Shown here piece by piece: positions 45,181 through 55,426 of a stretch of DNA of 64,000 nt. The stretch spans positions 96,001 through 160,000 of the forward strand of contig JBBIPC010000007.1 in NCBI GenBank assembly GCA_037443035.1, in the 5' to 3' direction. The notes under the pieces were generated by a model. It was given only the letters and a program-made list of their open reading frames with translations, searched no databases and was not told the origin of the DNA. Each line of letters begins with the position of its first letter. Position 1 is the first letter of the stretch. Source of the DNA: Chthonomonadales bacterium. Lineage in GTDB: Bacteria; Armatimonadota; Chthonomonadetes; Chthonomonadales; CAJBBX01. The position numbers and the translations under genes were made by a program.

Positions 45181-46860
45181 TCAGCTCCGCGTAGCTGCGA
45201 CGCTCGCCTCCACCGCCACCCCAGCGACAGATTCCGCTCGTAGCTCGGCAGCCTTGCGTGCCACCTGACGCTTCAGTGCCGCCTCGATCAATCCACGGAA
45301 TAACGGGTGGGCGCGATTGGGCCTGGACTTGAACTCTGGATGGAACTGCGTCGCAATGAAGAACGGATGGGACGGTATCTCGATAATCTCCACCAGTCGG
45401 TAGTCGGGCGATAGCCCTGAGCAGAGCATGCCTTTTCTGTGGAAGAGCTCGCGGTAGTCGTTGTTGAGCTCGTAGCGATGCCGGTGGCGCTCATGAACCT
45501 GGGACTCGCCGTAGAGCCGCTCTGCCAGGGAACCGTTGACAAGCTGGCAACGGTAGGCGCCAAGGCGCATAGTGGCGCCCTTGTCCGTTATCCCCTTCTG
45601 CTCGGGAAGGATGTGGATGACCGGGTGAGGTGTATGCTCGTCCATTTCCTCCGAATGGGCGTTCTCCAACTTGCAGACGTGGCGCGCGAACTCCACAACG
45701 GCCATCTGCATGCCCAGACACAACCCGAGGTAGGGAACCCCGTTCTCGCGGGCATAGCGGATGGCGGCGATCTTGCCTGCTATGCCCCTGTTTCCGAAGC
45801 CGCCAGGTACAACGATCGCATCTGCCTCGCCGAGTGTACGCTCCACATCCTCGTTCTCGAGGTCCTCGCTGTCCACCCAGTGCAAGTCCACCGCCGTGTC
45901 GTTAGCGATACCCCCATGCTTGAGCGCCTCTGCGATAGAGATGTAGGCATCGCCATTCTCCGTGTACTTGCCAACAACCGCCACCCGAACCCGGTGGGAC
46001 GGGTTCTTGATGCGGCTGACGATGCCCTCCCACTCGGTCATATCTGGTGGATTGTTGGGTAGCCCGAGCCGAGCTATGACTAGATCCGCAAGCCCCATGC
46101 GCTCGTAGACCAGAGGCACCTCGTAGATCGTCTCGGCATTACGCGACTCGATGACGGCTTCGCGTCGGACGTCGCAAAAGAGCGAGAGTTTGTCGCGCAT
46201 TTCCTCGCTCATGGGGTAGTTCGTGCGGCAGATGAGAACATCCGGCTGAATGCCCATCTCCCGCAGCTTGATCACGCTGTGCTGCGTGGGCTTGGTCTTC
46301 AGCTCGTGCCACGGACCCACCTCGGGAATGAGCGTCACATGCACATAGAGCGTATTGCCGGGCCCCGCTTCGTTGCGGAACTGGCGGATGGCCTCGATGA
46401 AGATCTGCCCCTCGATGTCTCCCACCGTCCCACCGATCTCGGCAATGACGACATCCGATGGCGGATCCGAGGCCACACGCCGGATGCGCTCCTTGATCTC
46501 GTTGGTGATGTGGGGGATCATCTGGACACAACCACCCAGATAGTCGCCCCGCCGCTCCTTGGTGATCACCTCGTTGTAGACGCTACCCGTCGTGACCGAA
46601 GAGGCGCGAGTCAAGTTCACGTCTATGAACCGCTCGTAATGGCCGAGGTCCAGGTCCGTCTCCGCCCCGTCTTCGGTGACGAAAACCTCCCCATGTTGAT
46701 ACGGGTTCATGGTGCCCGCATCTACGTTGATATAGGGGTCGAGCTTTTGAACGGTGACGCTGAATCCCCGGTTGCGCAGGAGGCGTCCAAGACTGGCGGT
46801 GGTGATACCCTTGCCGACCGAACTGACGACACCACCCGTAACGAAGATGAACTTGGCCAT
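45181..46860 (-). CDS. pyrG: CTP synthase
   Basis: [60 protein letters not shown]. Confidence 0.99.
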   Translation of the reverse strand: MAKFIFVTGGVVSSVGKGITTASLGRLLRNRGFSVTVQKLDPYINVDAGTMNPYQHGEVFVTEDGAETDLDLGHYERFIDVNLTRASSVTTGSVYNEVITKERRGDYLGGCVQMIPHITNEIKERIRRVASDPPSDVVIAEIGGTVGDIEGQIFIEAIRQFRNEAGPGNTLYVHVTLIPEVGPWHELKTKPTQHSVIKLREMGIQPDVLICRTNYPMSEEMRDKLSLFCDVRREAVIESRNAETIYEVPLVYERMGLADLVIARLGLPNNPPDMTEWEGIVSRIKNPSHRVRVAVVGKYTENGDAYISIAEALKHGGIANDTAVDLHWVDSEDLENEDVERTLGEADAIVVPGGFGNRGIAGKIAAIRYARENGVPYLGLCLGMQMAVVEFARHVCKLENAHSEEMDEHTPHPVIHILPEQKGITDKGATMRLGAYRCQLVNGSLAERLYGESQVHERHRHRYELNNDYRELFHRKGMLCSGLSPDYRLVEIIEIPSHPFFIATQFHPEFKSRPNRAHPLFRGLIEAALKRQVARKAAELRAESVAGVAVEASVAATRS

Positions 46861-47028
46861 GGCGGATCCCTTCGCAGGTTGTGGTGGGGGACGGCATGGA
46901 GGCGCACAGCGTGCTGTGGACCGGCTGAGTGCGATGGTTCCTCATCCGCGGCCCATTCTATTATACACCCTTTTCGACGCCGCCAGGCTCGCATCTGGCT
47001 GCGCGTCAGCGGCCGCCAGAGATCGTGC

Positions 47029-47925
47029 TCAGAACGTGACGTGCGCCTGAACCCACCAGACGTTCCGGCCACTCGCCCGGCCTATGCCCGGCTCGAGAAC
47101 GAGATGGGGCATGGCGTCTATCTCGACTCCCAGCACGCCGCTCCGCAGCTCTCCCATCTCGTCCGCCACGTCGTGACCATAGTACGCGCCCACGTACGGT
47201 CGCCATCCCTTGGCAGCGTCGGCCATGACCTTGGCGAAAGCGAACTGGAAGGTACCGTTGCGACCACGGGCCTCCAGGAACTCACCGGATAGGGTGACTG
47301 CCCCGAGTCCTGTCTCCACATCCATGCCATATCCCCACGCATGAGACGTACAATAGCTCCATCCACGCCCGCATGCACCGGATAGCCCGACGGTGGTGTT
47401 CGCATCCACCTTCCGCGCTACCCTAGCTATGGTATTCATGGCACGCGTGTCCTTGTTGTAGGCGGTCGAGACGGTGAACGAAAACGTGGACACATCTACC
47501 TCGTACATCGCTCCCCACCGCGTCTCGTATTCCCACTCCTGCAGCGCAAACGGTGTATAGTGCTTCCCAAACGTGACCGTCCCCGAGCCGAGTGTGCGTC
47601 GGTAGAAACACTCGACGGGCTGCTGGGTGGTTCGCTCCGATCCCACGTACATGTCACCGACACCCAGCGATGCGACGGCGGAGTCGCCTCCGTTGCCCGC
47701 CCAGTTCAGAGACAGGACCGACGGATAGACAGTGCCTACAGCCGCCCACGCACCATCGGTCATGCGCCGCGTCGGACCCGTGATGTTGGAGATACCGTAA
47801 TAGAGGTCACCGCCGACGCGGAGTCCGGGCTTCGGTGCCTCCTCCTCGTCGTCGGCCAAGCAAGCACTTGCCAGAGCGAAAACACCCAGAATAGCCATCA
47901 GACATCTAACGGCAGCCTTCTTCAC
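47029..47925 (-). CDS. putative outer-membrane beta-barrel (porin-like) protein
   Basis: signal peptide, alternating aromatic beta strands, VTFGKHYTPF, C-terminal WVQAHVTF (terminal Phe). Confidence 0.6.
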   Translation of the reverse strand: MKKAAVRCLMAILGVFALASACLADDEEEAPKPGLRVGGDLYYGISNITGPTRRMTDGAWAAVGTVYPSVLSLNWAGNGGDSAVASLGVGDMYVGSERTTQQPVECFYRRTLGSGTVTFGKHYTPFALQEWEYETRWGAMYEVDVSTFSFTVSTAYNKDTRAMNTIARVARKVDANTTVGLSGACGRGWSYCTSHAWGYGMDVETGLGAVTLSGEFLEARGRNGTFQFAFAKVMADAAKGWRPYVGAYYGHDVADEMGELRSGVLGVEIDAMPHLVLEPGIGRASGRNVWWVQAHVTF

Positions 47926-48350
47926 GAGACTTGCTCCTTTGTTCTCCTAGTCCTGATCGCCACCATGATGCACGGCCCGCCGTAGACCGTTCGGAGCCCG
48001 GACGCATGCGCTGCGTTCACTGCCGCCTCCGACTCGGAACCTGGCTGCATCCAGAGGTAGCGTACGCCCAGCTTGCCCGCCTCGCGCGCCACCGTCTCCG
48101 TGACGGCCGGCGGCACGACCGTCACGACGCAATCGGGTCTCTCGGGCAGATTGTCCAGGCGCGGGTAGACGGTATCCCCGTCAATGCTGTCAGCATTCGG
48201 GTTGACAGGGTAGACCGTATAGCCAGCGTTCTTGAGGGTGACGTAGACCATGTGGCCGTACTTGGAGGGATCCTTGGACGCGCCGACCACAGCGAACACC
48301 CGTGCGCTGAGGATTTCGGGGATGAGAGATCCAAACGGCGTATGGGGCAT
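47922..48350 (-). CDS. CoA-binding protein (YccU-like)
   Basis: FAVVGASKDPSK, YPVNP, WMQPG, GPCIMV; start at ATG 48350. Confidence 0.9.
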   Translation of the reverse strand: MPHTPFGSLIPEILSARVFAVVGASKDPSKYGHMVYVTLKNAGYTVYPVNPNADSIDGDTVYPRLDNLPERPDCVVTVVPPAVTETVAREAGKLGVRYLWMQPGSESEAAVNAAHASGLRTVYGGPCIMVAIRTRRTKEQVS

Positions 48351-48522
48351 GCACGCACCTCCGCGACGATGGTAGGCATGATAGTAGCACACGGCCGGAC
48401 ATAAGAACTGGCAACGCCGGACGATGGCGCCTGGCATCGCCGGAAGGACTCGGATGTCGCCGCGGCGAAAAGAGAATCGTACGAGCGTGTCCACGCCGTA
48501 CAAAGACACGGGGAGGCCTATC

Positions 48523-49488
48523 ATGTCTGCCCAATTCGAACACGAACGGGATTCCGCTAGGTCGGCCAGCCGCCGCGAGTTCCTCAAGGGTGCCATTGCC
48601 AGCAGTCTTGCGGGCGGCGCACTGCTGGCTGCGAGAGAAACCGAAGCTTCTCCTACGCAGCAGACACCCAGCTTGCCTACCGTCACCATCGCTGGTGTCA
48701 CGATCCCCCGCATGATCGTCGGCTGCAACCCCATAGGAGGCTGGAGCCATGTCTCGCGCTATATGACCATGGCGATGACAGAGTACTTCACTCTCGAACG
48801 AACGGTCAGCTTCCTGCGCGAGTGCGAGTCGAAGGGTCTGAACGTCTGGCTGACCTATTGGGACGATAAGCCCCGCAAGGCCCTCAAGTTGCTCTGGGAA
48901 CAGGGATCCAAGATCCGGCCCTACTTTCTGGGCACGCTCGAGGAGAACGGTAACATCTCCCGGGATATCCTGGAGTACCGTCCCATCTGGCATGTGCACC
49001 ATGGCAACGTGACGGATACGCTCTTCCGAGCTGGCAAGCAGGAGCAGGTCCACGACTTCGTCAAGAAAGTCCACGACGTGCTGGGCATTCCGGCGGGCAT
49101 CTCGGCCCATAATCCAGACTGCATCAGGTACGCTGAGGATAAGGGTTGGGAGGCGGACTTCTACCAGTGCTGCCTCTTCTATGTCACGCGCCCCCACGAC
49201 GAGATCCGGGCCAAACTTGGCGCAGCGCCCCTGGGCGAGCCCTTCCTGGACAAGGACAGGGACGTCATGCTGGAGGTCATTCGGCAAGTCAAGAAGCCGT
49301 GCCTGGCCTTCAAGATCCTAGGAGCGGGTCGGCTTTGCGAAACCGACTACGCCGTGGAGGAAGCGTTCGCGTACGCGCTACGGCGCATCAAGAAGACCGA
49401 CGCAATCATTGTGGGCATGTGGCCGCGGTTCAAGGACGAGATCAGCGAGAATATCGGCTACCTGGTGAAGTACGGCAGGATCGCGTGA
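48523..49488 (+). CDS. Tat-signal protein with aldo/keto-reductase-like TIM barrel
   Basis: SRREFLKG Tat motif; PRMIVGCNP, GISAH, LAFKILGAGR, AIIVGM. Confidence 0.7.
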   Translation: MSAQFEHERDSARSASRREFLKGAIASSLAGGALLAARETEASPTQQTPSLPTVTIAGVTIPRMIVGCNPIGGWSHVSRYMTMAMTEYFTLERTVSFLRECESKGLNVWLTYWDDKPRKALKLLWEQGSKIRPYFLGTLEENGNISRDILEYRPIWHVHHGNVTDTLFRAGKQEQVHDFVKKVHDVLGIPAGISAHNPDCIRYAEDKGWEADFYQCCLFYVTRPHDEIRAKLGAAPLGEPFLDKDRDVMLEVIRQVKKPCLAFKILGAGRLCETDYAVEEAFAYALRRIKKTDAIIVGMWPRFKDEISENIGYLVKYGRIA

Positions 49489-50150
49489 AGCGTGCACTGT
49501 GCCTAGCGGCGCCTGTGGCCCTCCTCACTGTGACCCTTGCGGCACCGTCGGGTGCTCCTCGTATCCTCTATCCACGTGACCGAACTGTCCAGTCGGGACC
49601 GGTGACCATCATTGTCGCCGGGTCAGTCGCTGCGCGCTCTCTCAGCGCCACCCTGGACGGCAGACCCCTGCGCCTCCGGCGGCTGTTGTTCGACCCCGAT
49701 TGGGTTACACCGGGCGCAATCGAATCGTTAGGCCAGCAGGTCGCTGAGAGGGAGACGACGGCTCTCTGGGTCGCCAGGGTGACAGTGCCGGGCCGCCACG
49801 TCGTGACCATCGGTTCCGCTAGGGTTGGTTTCGCCGTAGGCGTGCGCCCTCCGAAGGGCTGGCACGCGGGCCTTGCTCACCCTCCGATGCCCTCACGGAA
49901 GTCTGCGCTTGGATGCGACGACTGCCACCGGATGCCCGCCGGACGCCTGGGTCCTGCACAGAGTCCGGACGCGTGCGGCCCGTGTCACCCCGAAACGGCC
50001 GTGCAGCTAGCCCATAAACATGTGGCACAGCCACTAGCCCGGTGCGGCATGTGCCACGACCCCCACGGAGCTTCCTACCCTCGACTCCTGGTTGCGCCGA
50101 AGGAAGAGCTCTGCATTCGGTGCCATGCAGGAGGACACTCCAAGGGGTGA
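49485..50150 (+). CDS. tetraheme c-type cytochrome with N-terminal beta domain
   Basis: GTG start overlapping the upstream stop (GTGA); signal peptide; four CxxCH motifs (CDDCH, CGPCH, CGMCHDPH, CIRCH). Confidence 0.85.
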   Translation: MKRALCLAAPVALLTVTLAAPSGAPRILYPRDRTVQSGPVTIIVAGSVAARSLSATLDGRPLRLRRLLFDPDWVTPGAIESLGQQVAERETTALWVARVTVPGRHVVTIGSARVGFAVGVRPPKGWHAGLAHPPMPSRKSALGCDDCHRMPAGRLGPAQSPDACGPCHPETAVQLAHKHVAQPLARCGMCHDPHGASYPRLLVAPKEELCIRCHAGGHSKG

Positions 50151-50210
50151 CGGGGCTGACCAGCCGACCTCGGGCGTTTGTCTGCGGACCTGTCTTATGG
50201 GAGAACGACC

Positions 50211-52607
50211 ATGACACACAGCTTGTTTGCCATCGCTACCATCGCCACGGTCCTTTGCCTGGCCGGCATGGCGATCCCGCAACCTGTGGCGGAGGTACAC
50301 GTCCAGCCTGACACTGTTACCGGCCTGATTGACCAACGTATCTACGGTCACTTTCTCGAGCACATCTATCACTCTGTCGAGGACGGTCTCTTCGGCGAAC
50401 TGGTGCGCAATCGCGCGTTCGCCGCACCGACAGGCATTGTACGTGAAGGCGGCCGGCTCACGCTGAGCTCTCCGGCTACCGATGTGAAGACGGTCTTGGG
50501 CGACCCGAACTGGACCGATTACGAGTTCACGCTGAAGGCTCGCAAGACCAGTGGGGCCGAGGGCTTCCTGATTCTGATTCGGGCAACCGACGACCGAAAC
50601 TTCTACTGGTGGAACCTCGGAGGTTGGGGCAACACGGCCCACCAACTGGAAGTCGAGAAAGATGACAATCGTCATCCCATCGGCCCCCGCGTGCCCGGCC
50701 GCATGGAGACAGGCCGATGGTACGCCATTCGGATGCGAGTGGAAGCCGACCATATCCAGGGATGGGTGGATGACCAGCTTATCCTCGATATGCGAGACGG
50801 AACGCACCCGCGCGGCGGCGTTGGGGTGGGCTTCTGGGCGACATGCGGTGAATACACGGACTTCCATGTGCGAGATCTGAGCGGGCGCGAGCTCCCCCTG
50901 GACCTCGGCAAGATCTCGGCAGAGCAAGACTTGCCCGCCGAATGGAAAACATGGCCGGCGCCCTCGGCTGATGTTCATCTTGCGCGACTTGCCGACTCGC
51001 CGAACACGGGTCTGGCGGCGCAGATTCGGCTCCAGGGCGCCGGCGCGCCCGTCGGGATCGCCCAAGAGCGGTTCAACGTCGTGCGTGGCCACACCTACCA
51101 GGGGACAGTCTGGATGAAAGCCGATAACGCTGTCGGCCCGGTGACCGTGGCCTTCGTGGATTCGAGTGGCAGGACGCTCTGCCGACAGCGACTGAACGCA
51201 CCCACGGCCCAGCTACGCGGCCATAGCTTTGCTCTGCGCCCGTCCCGCACGGACAGGAACGCAACACTCGTTCTCGAAGCGACCGGTAGTGGGGTCCTGT
51301 GGGTGGACATGGTCAGCCTCACACGGGACGACTATGTGGCCACCGGCTGCCGAACCGACCTGCTCCAGGCCGTCCAGGCACTGCATCCTCCCATCATCCG
51401 CTGGCCGGGAGGGTGCTTCGCGAGCATCTACCGCTGGAAGCGTGCGATCGGCCCCCAGCATGATCGGAAGCCGTTCCACAACTATGTGTGGGGGGAATGG
51501 GACTCCTGCGGGTTCGGCATAGACGAGTACATCCGCCTGTGCCGCATCGTCGGTGCGGAACCCATGGTGGTGGTGAACCTGGGTAGCTGGGATGACCCGG
51601 CTAAGGAAGATGAGTATGTACGCGAGGCCCTGGAGTGGATCGAGTACTGCAATGGCGATGCATCCACCCCCATGGGTGCTCTCCGAGCTGCCAATGGTCA
51701 TCCCGAGCCCTACAACGTCGTGCACTGGGAAATGGATAACGAGACGTGGGCGTTGGGCGTGGAACGCTACGGTCGTCTCGTTGCCAAGGTAGCGCGCCAG
51801 ATACGACAGCGATGGCCCGGCCTCAAGATCCACGCATGCACCTTCTGGGAGAAGGAGGACCCACGTCTTCTGGAGCTGTGCGGGCAGTACATAGACTACA
51901 TCAGTTACCACTTCTACGAAGATCCCAACCGCTATGCAACTGCTCCGGGCTTCTACGAAAACCTGTGGAAACGCTACGCCGGCATCATCGCCCGTAGCCC
52001 CAATCCCCGGGTCCGCATCTCCGTCACCGAGTGGAATGCACAGAGCACCGATTGGCGCACGGGTCTGTTCGCGGCTGGATATCTGAACGTCATGGAACGC
52101 TCTACCGACGTCGTGGAGATCGCAACACCGGCTCTGTTCCTCAGGAGGGTGGATGCGCCTGCCTGGGACAACGCCTTCATCAACCATGATCACGTCTCCT
52201 GGTACCCCGCCCCCAACTACGTAGTCATGAAGCTCTACCGCGACCACTTCCAGCCGTTCCGAGTTGCATGTACCGCGCCGGCGGGTCTGGATGTGACAGC
52301 TACGCGGAGCGCCGACGGGAAGCAGGTTGTGGTGAAGATCGTCAACGCGTCTCGTCAGTCGCAGATCGCCCAGGTGAGCTTCGCGAGTCCTTTCGCCTTG
52401 CGGACCGCCGAAGCGCAGCAGGTCGCAGCGCGGCTGGAAGATCGCAACACCCTTGCGGAGCCGCACCACATCGCACCGTCCCGCGTGCCCGTCTCTCGAT
52501 CGGGAAGCCGCTTGAATGTGCAAGTGCCCCCGCTCTCGGTAACAGTCCTGACCGTGAAGGGGACCGGCCTCCGGAGCGTCACTGAAGCCACGAAGCCGCG
52601 CCAGTGA
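50211..52607 (+). CDS. GH51 alpha-L-arabinofuranosidase-like glycosidase with extra DUF1080-like and CBM-like domains
   Basis: IYGHFLEHI, IRWPGGCF, FGIDEY, WIEYCNG, WEMDNE (acid/base), VTEWN (nucleophile), VPPLSVTVL; signal peptide. Confidence 0.9.
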   Translation: MTHSLFAIATIATVLCLAGMAIPQPVAEVHVQPDTVTGLIDQRIYGHFLEHIYHSVEDGLFGELVRNRAFAAPTGIVREGGRLTLSSPATDVKTVLGDPNWTDYEFTLKARKTSGAEGFLILIRATDDRNFYWWNLGGWGNTAHQLEVEKDDNRHPIGPRVPGRMETGRWYAIRMRVEADHIQGWVDDQLILDMRDGTHPRGGVGVGFWATCGEYTDFHVRDLSGRELPLDLGKISAEQDLPAEWKTWPAPSADVHLARLADSPNTGLAAQIRLQGAGAPVGIAQERFNVVRGHTYQGTVWMKADNAVGPVTVAFVDSSGRTLCRQRLNAPTAQLRGHSFALRPSRTDRNATLVLEATGSGVLWVDMVSLTRDDYVATGCRTDLLQAVQALHPPIIRWPGGCFASIYRWKRAIGPQHDRKPFHNYVWGEWDSCGFGIDEYIRLCRIVGAEPMVVVNLGSWDDPAKEDEYVREALEWIEYCNGDASTPMGALRAANGHPEPYNVVHWEMDNETWALGVERYGRLVAKVARQIRQRWPGLKIHACTFWEKEDPRLLELCGQYIDYISYHFYEDPNRYATAPGFYENLWKRYAGIIARSPNPRVRISVTEWNAQSTDWRTGLFAAGYLNVMERSTDVVEIATPALFLRRVDAPAWDNAFINHDHVSWYPAPNYVVMKLYRDHFQPFRVACTAPAGLDVTATRSADGKQVVVKIVNASRQSQIAQVSFASPFALRTAEAQQVAARLEDRNTLAEPHHIAPSRVPVSRSGSRLNVQVPPLSVTVLTVKGTGLRSVTEATKPRQ

Positions 52608-52723
52608 ATCCTCACGGCCTATTCTTGCTCCAGGCAGACGCATTTCATTGGGGAACCCAGCTCCGTGACCGTCGTCCTGAGTGCAGCAAACGGTAAGAAC
52701 CGTTCAGAGAAGGGAGAAGGAAA

Positions 52724-52981
52724 ATGAAGACGCGAATATGGACACTGGCGATGGCGGGAGTGCTGGGCGTGGCACTGCTAGGTGGCCCGGCGCTCGCTCA
52801 GGGGCGCGGTCGAGGTCCGGGCAGCGGCACATGCAACGGAACGAGGCAGCGCATCCACCAGCGGCTCCGCGATGGTAGCGGTGGCGGCAATCAGTACAGG
52901 CAAGGGCAGGGCAGAGGCAACGGTCTCCGGCTCCGTGACGGCAGCGGCCCGAACCCCAACTGCCCACTCAAGCAGAAGTAA
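52724..52981 (+). CDS. small secreted Gly/Arg-rich protein with RLRDGSG repeats
   Basis: AAGGA RBS, signal peptide (PALA|Q), two RLRDGSG, two Cys. Confidence 0.75.
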   Translation: MKTRIWTLAMAGVLGVALLGGPALAQGRGRGPGSGTCNGTRQRIHQRLRDGSGGGNQYRQGQGRGNGLRLRDGSGPNPNCPLKQK

Positions 52982-53006
52982 GCGTATCCACCGTCCATGA
53001 CACAGC

Positions 53007-53038
53007 GAGGGGCGCGGCAGAAGCCGTGCCCCTTTCTC
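53007..53038 (+). terminator. intrinsic terminator
   Basis: AGGGGCGCGGC-agaa-GCCGTGCCCCT followed by TTCTC. Confidence 0.55.
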
Positions 53039-53155
53039 GTGACGCTGGCTCTATGCCAGACGGCACACGATCCCGGCCCTTCCGCGGCACCCCGTCCGCG
53101 CCAATACGGTGACCCCAGCGATGCCGTTGCGTGATCGCAGGAAAGCTGATGGCGA

Positions 53156-53434
53156 CTAGCCGACGAGCTTGTCGAACACGTCCACCGGCACGGCAGGCGA
53201 TGTGTTGAAGCTTATTCCCAGCTCCTTGGACAGTGCCACGGACGTCTTGATGGCCGCTTCGATGGTGGGGAGATCCACGATCAGCAGGACATCGTCCTCG
53301 CCGAGGGTGGCGTAACCCGCCTGCAGCTTCCCGCCGTTGCCTTCGATGATCTTCTTCGCTGCCTCGGTGCGCTTGGCGCTGATGGCGCCCAACGCTCCCG
53401 CGCCGTACTTGCCGACCATGACGAACGTTGCCAT
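53156..53434 (-). CDS. GYD-domain protein
   Basis: MATFVMVGKY...GGKLQAGYATLGEDDVLLIVDLP; AAGGAGG RBS. Confidence 0.85.
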   Translation of the reverse strand: MATFVMVGKYGAGALGAISAKRTEAAKKIIEGNGGKLQAGYATLGEDDVLLIVDLPTIEAAIKTSVALSKELGISFNTSPAVPVDVFDKLVG

Positions 53435-53514
53435 TTCGTCCTCCTTATGAGTGTCGTGCAAGGCGACCGCACAGGTACAACTGCGGCTGTCTTGTTATGG
53501 CACGATTCCGTCGC

Positions 53515-54324
53515 TTAGCGTATGTGTTTGCGACCCAGGTATACCACGGTGTTCCACGCACGACGTACCCGGCCGCCGAAACGGTCCTCGACCAAGGCAT
53601 GTACGCCCGCCAGAAGGCTCTGCTTCTGGTCCGGAGGCAGAATCGCGTGTTCCGAATACGTCGCCAGAAGGTCCACGAACTCGTCGGCCGTGAATGTGGT
53701 CGTCCATGGCACCATGCGCAGCTCCACATCGCCGAACAGCCCGGAAGCTTCCATTTCCTCCTGCCAGCTCATGTCCACGCTGGAAGGGTCCGGCAGACCG
53801 TGCCAGTCAGTTGCCAGACGAGGCGCGTACTGCTTGTAGACGGCCTGGACGGCCTCTGCAAAGCCCTCGTCGGAATCGCAGCGCACCTGACGGTTCCAGA
53901 ACAGCGCCAGAGCGCCGCCAGGTCGGAGGGCCTGCCCACACTTCGTCCAGCGGACCTCGGGCGTGATCCAGTGAAAGGCGCTGGCCGAATACACGAGGTC
54001 GAACGGCTCGCAGGGCAGCGAGTACTCCTCGAACGGAGTGCACACGATCTGGACTTGTTCCCCTGCCAGCCGCTGGGCTGCGTAGCGCGCCATGTTCTCG
54101 CCGATCTCCACGGCAGTGATCTTCAGCCCGCGCCGTAGCATAGGCAACGTTGCCTGGCCCGGTCCGCAGCCGATCTCCAGGGCGCGAGACCCTGGCCCGA
54201 CTCCGGCATACTCTACGATCAGGTCGAACACGACATCCGGGTAACCCGGCCGTGCGCGTGCGTAAAGCTCCGGGTCGGCATCGAAGCTCGCACGCCGCAC
54301 AGGATCCGGCTTGGACATGCTCAT
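53515..54324 (-). CDS. class I SAM-dependent methyltransferase
   Basis: YARARPGYP, LEIGCGPGQ, FDLVYSASAFHW, LRPGG. Confidence 0.92.
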   Translation of the reverse strand: MSMSKPDPVRRASFDADPELYARARPGYPDVVFDLIVEYAGVGPGSRALEIGCGPGQATLPMLRRGLKITAVEIGENMARYAAQRLAGEQVQIVCTPFEEYSLPCEPFDLVYSASAFHWITPEVRWTKCGQALRPGGALALFWNRQVRCDSDEGFAEAVQAVYKQYAPRLATDWHGLPDPSSVDMSWQEEMEASGLFGDVELRMVPWTTTFTADEFVDLLATYSEHAILPPDQKQSLLAGVHALVEDRFGGRVRRAWNTVVYLGRKHIR

Positions 54325-54446
54325 GCTGCATCATTCGTCGCCCAGTCGCGCCCATCCTTCGGCGGACAGGCCGGGTACTAGTTCGGTGTGAGGTAAGGTC
54401 TGCTCGTCACGTATCGTCGCGTTCCTGAGAGAAAGGAGATACCTGC

Positions 54447-55184
54447 GTGTCTGCACAGGCATACTTCATGGCGGTCTCCGAGGCGCTGGGGCGCATAGCC
54501 TCCGAGCAAGAGGAGAACATCGCCAGGGCGGCCGACACCGTCTGCAGTGCCATTCGGAATGGTCGCGCCCTCTACGCCTTCGGCGCCAGCCATTCGTTCA
54601 TCGTTGCCGAGGAGATGGTCTATCGCACAGGTGGCCTCATGCTGGTGAACCCCATCTATCCGCACGGAATGAACCTGCTGGTCCGTCCCATGACCCTCAC
54701 CTCCAGGCTGGAGCGAGTGGAGGGTCTCGGCAAGGAGTTGCTCCGTTCGGCGCCGGTACAAGCTGGCGATGTCCTCCTCATCGCTTCGACGTCCGGCCGC
54801 AATGCCGTGGCCATAGACATGGCATTGGAGGCCCGCGCTAACGGTATGACCGTTATCGGCGTGACATCGCTCGCCTACACGTCGGGCGTGAGCAGCCGGC
54901 ACTCTTCGGGCAAGAAGCTGGTGGATCTTTGCGACATCGTCCTGGACAACGGAGCTCCCCTGGGCGACGCCGCCGTGCAGATTCCCGGCTTTCCCCAACC
55001 CGTCGGTCCTCTATCCACGGTGCTAGGATGCGCCGTTGTAAACGCTCTTGTAACGGAGGTAGTCGCACGCCTCGTGGCGGCTGGCATCGAACCGCCCGTG
55101 TTCATGAGCGCGAACCTGGACGGGGGCGATGCGTTCAACGCGCGTTTGCTGGAGGAATACCGCGACAGGATACATTACATGTAA
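54447..55184 (+). CDS. SIS (sugar isomerase) domain protein
   Basis: AFGASHS, EEMVYRTGGL, IASTSGRN, VIGVTS, DIVLDNGAPLGDA, PPVFMSAN; AAAGGAG RBS. Confidence 0.88.
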   Translation: MSAQAYFMAVSEALGRIASEQEENIARAADTVCSAIRNGRALYAFGASHSFIVAEEMVYRTGGLMLVNPIYPHGMNLLVRPMTLTSRLERVEGLGKELLRSAPVQAGDVLLIASTSGRNAVAIDMALEARANGMTVIGVTSLAYTSGVSSRHSSGKKLVDLCDIVLDNGAPLGDAAVQIPGFPQPVGPLSTVLGCAVVNALVTEVVARLVAAGIEPPVFMSANLDGGDAFNARLLEEYRDRIHYM

Positions 55185-55426
55185 CGCTATGTAACGTTTC
55201 CTGAACAGTACGCCGCACAATCGCACGAAGGACCGAGGACGGTCGAGGCTGGCCATCGCGCAGGTCCGGGGTAGATTGAGGACTGGAGAGGATCTTTGCC
55301 TACTTGACGCTTTTGCCTTGATAGCCAGGAGGAACGGAGTTGTTTCCTGAGGCTTCGGAGGTGAACGTTGCAGTCTGGCCAGACGGCGCAGGTCGGTCGG
55401 ATTGGTCGGTTGGTGGAGGGGGTTCT

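Noticed and set aside
46960..46965. TATAAT upstream of pyrG
   Set aside because: Plausible -10 box but no convincing -35 or extended motif, so not listed as a feature
5787..54998. Many long antisense or alternate-frame ORFs (e.g. 5787-7115+, 13561-14814-, 16044-17384+, 29886-31232+, 31514-32050-, 51213-52643-)
   Set aside because: They shadow well-supported genes, lack recognisable motifs and are expected in high-GC DNA
55179..55196. ATGTAACG direct repeat at the SIS gene stop, as an operator or target-site duplication
   Set aside because: Too short, no partner copy identified at a plausible other end, and no cognate regulator nearby
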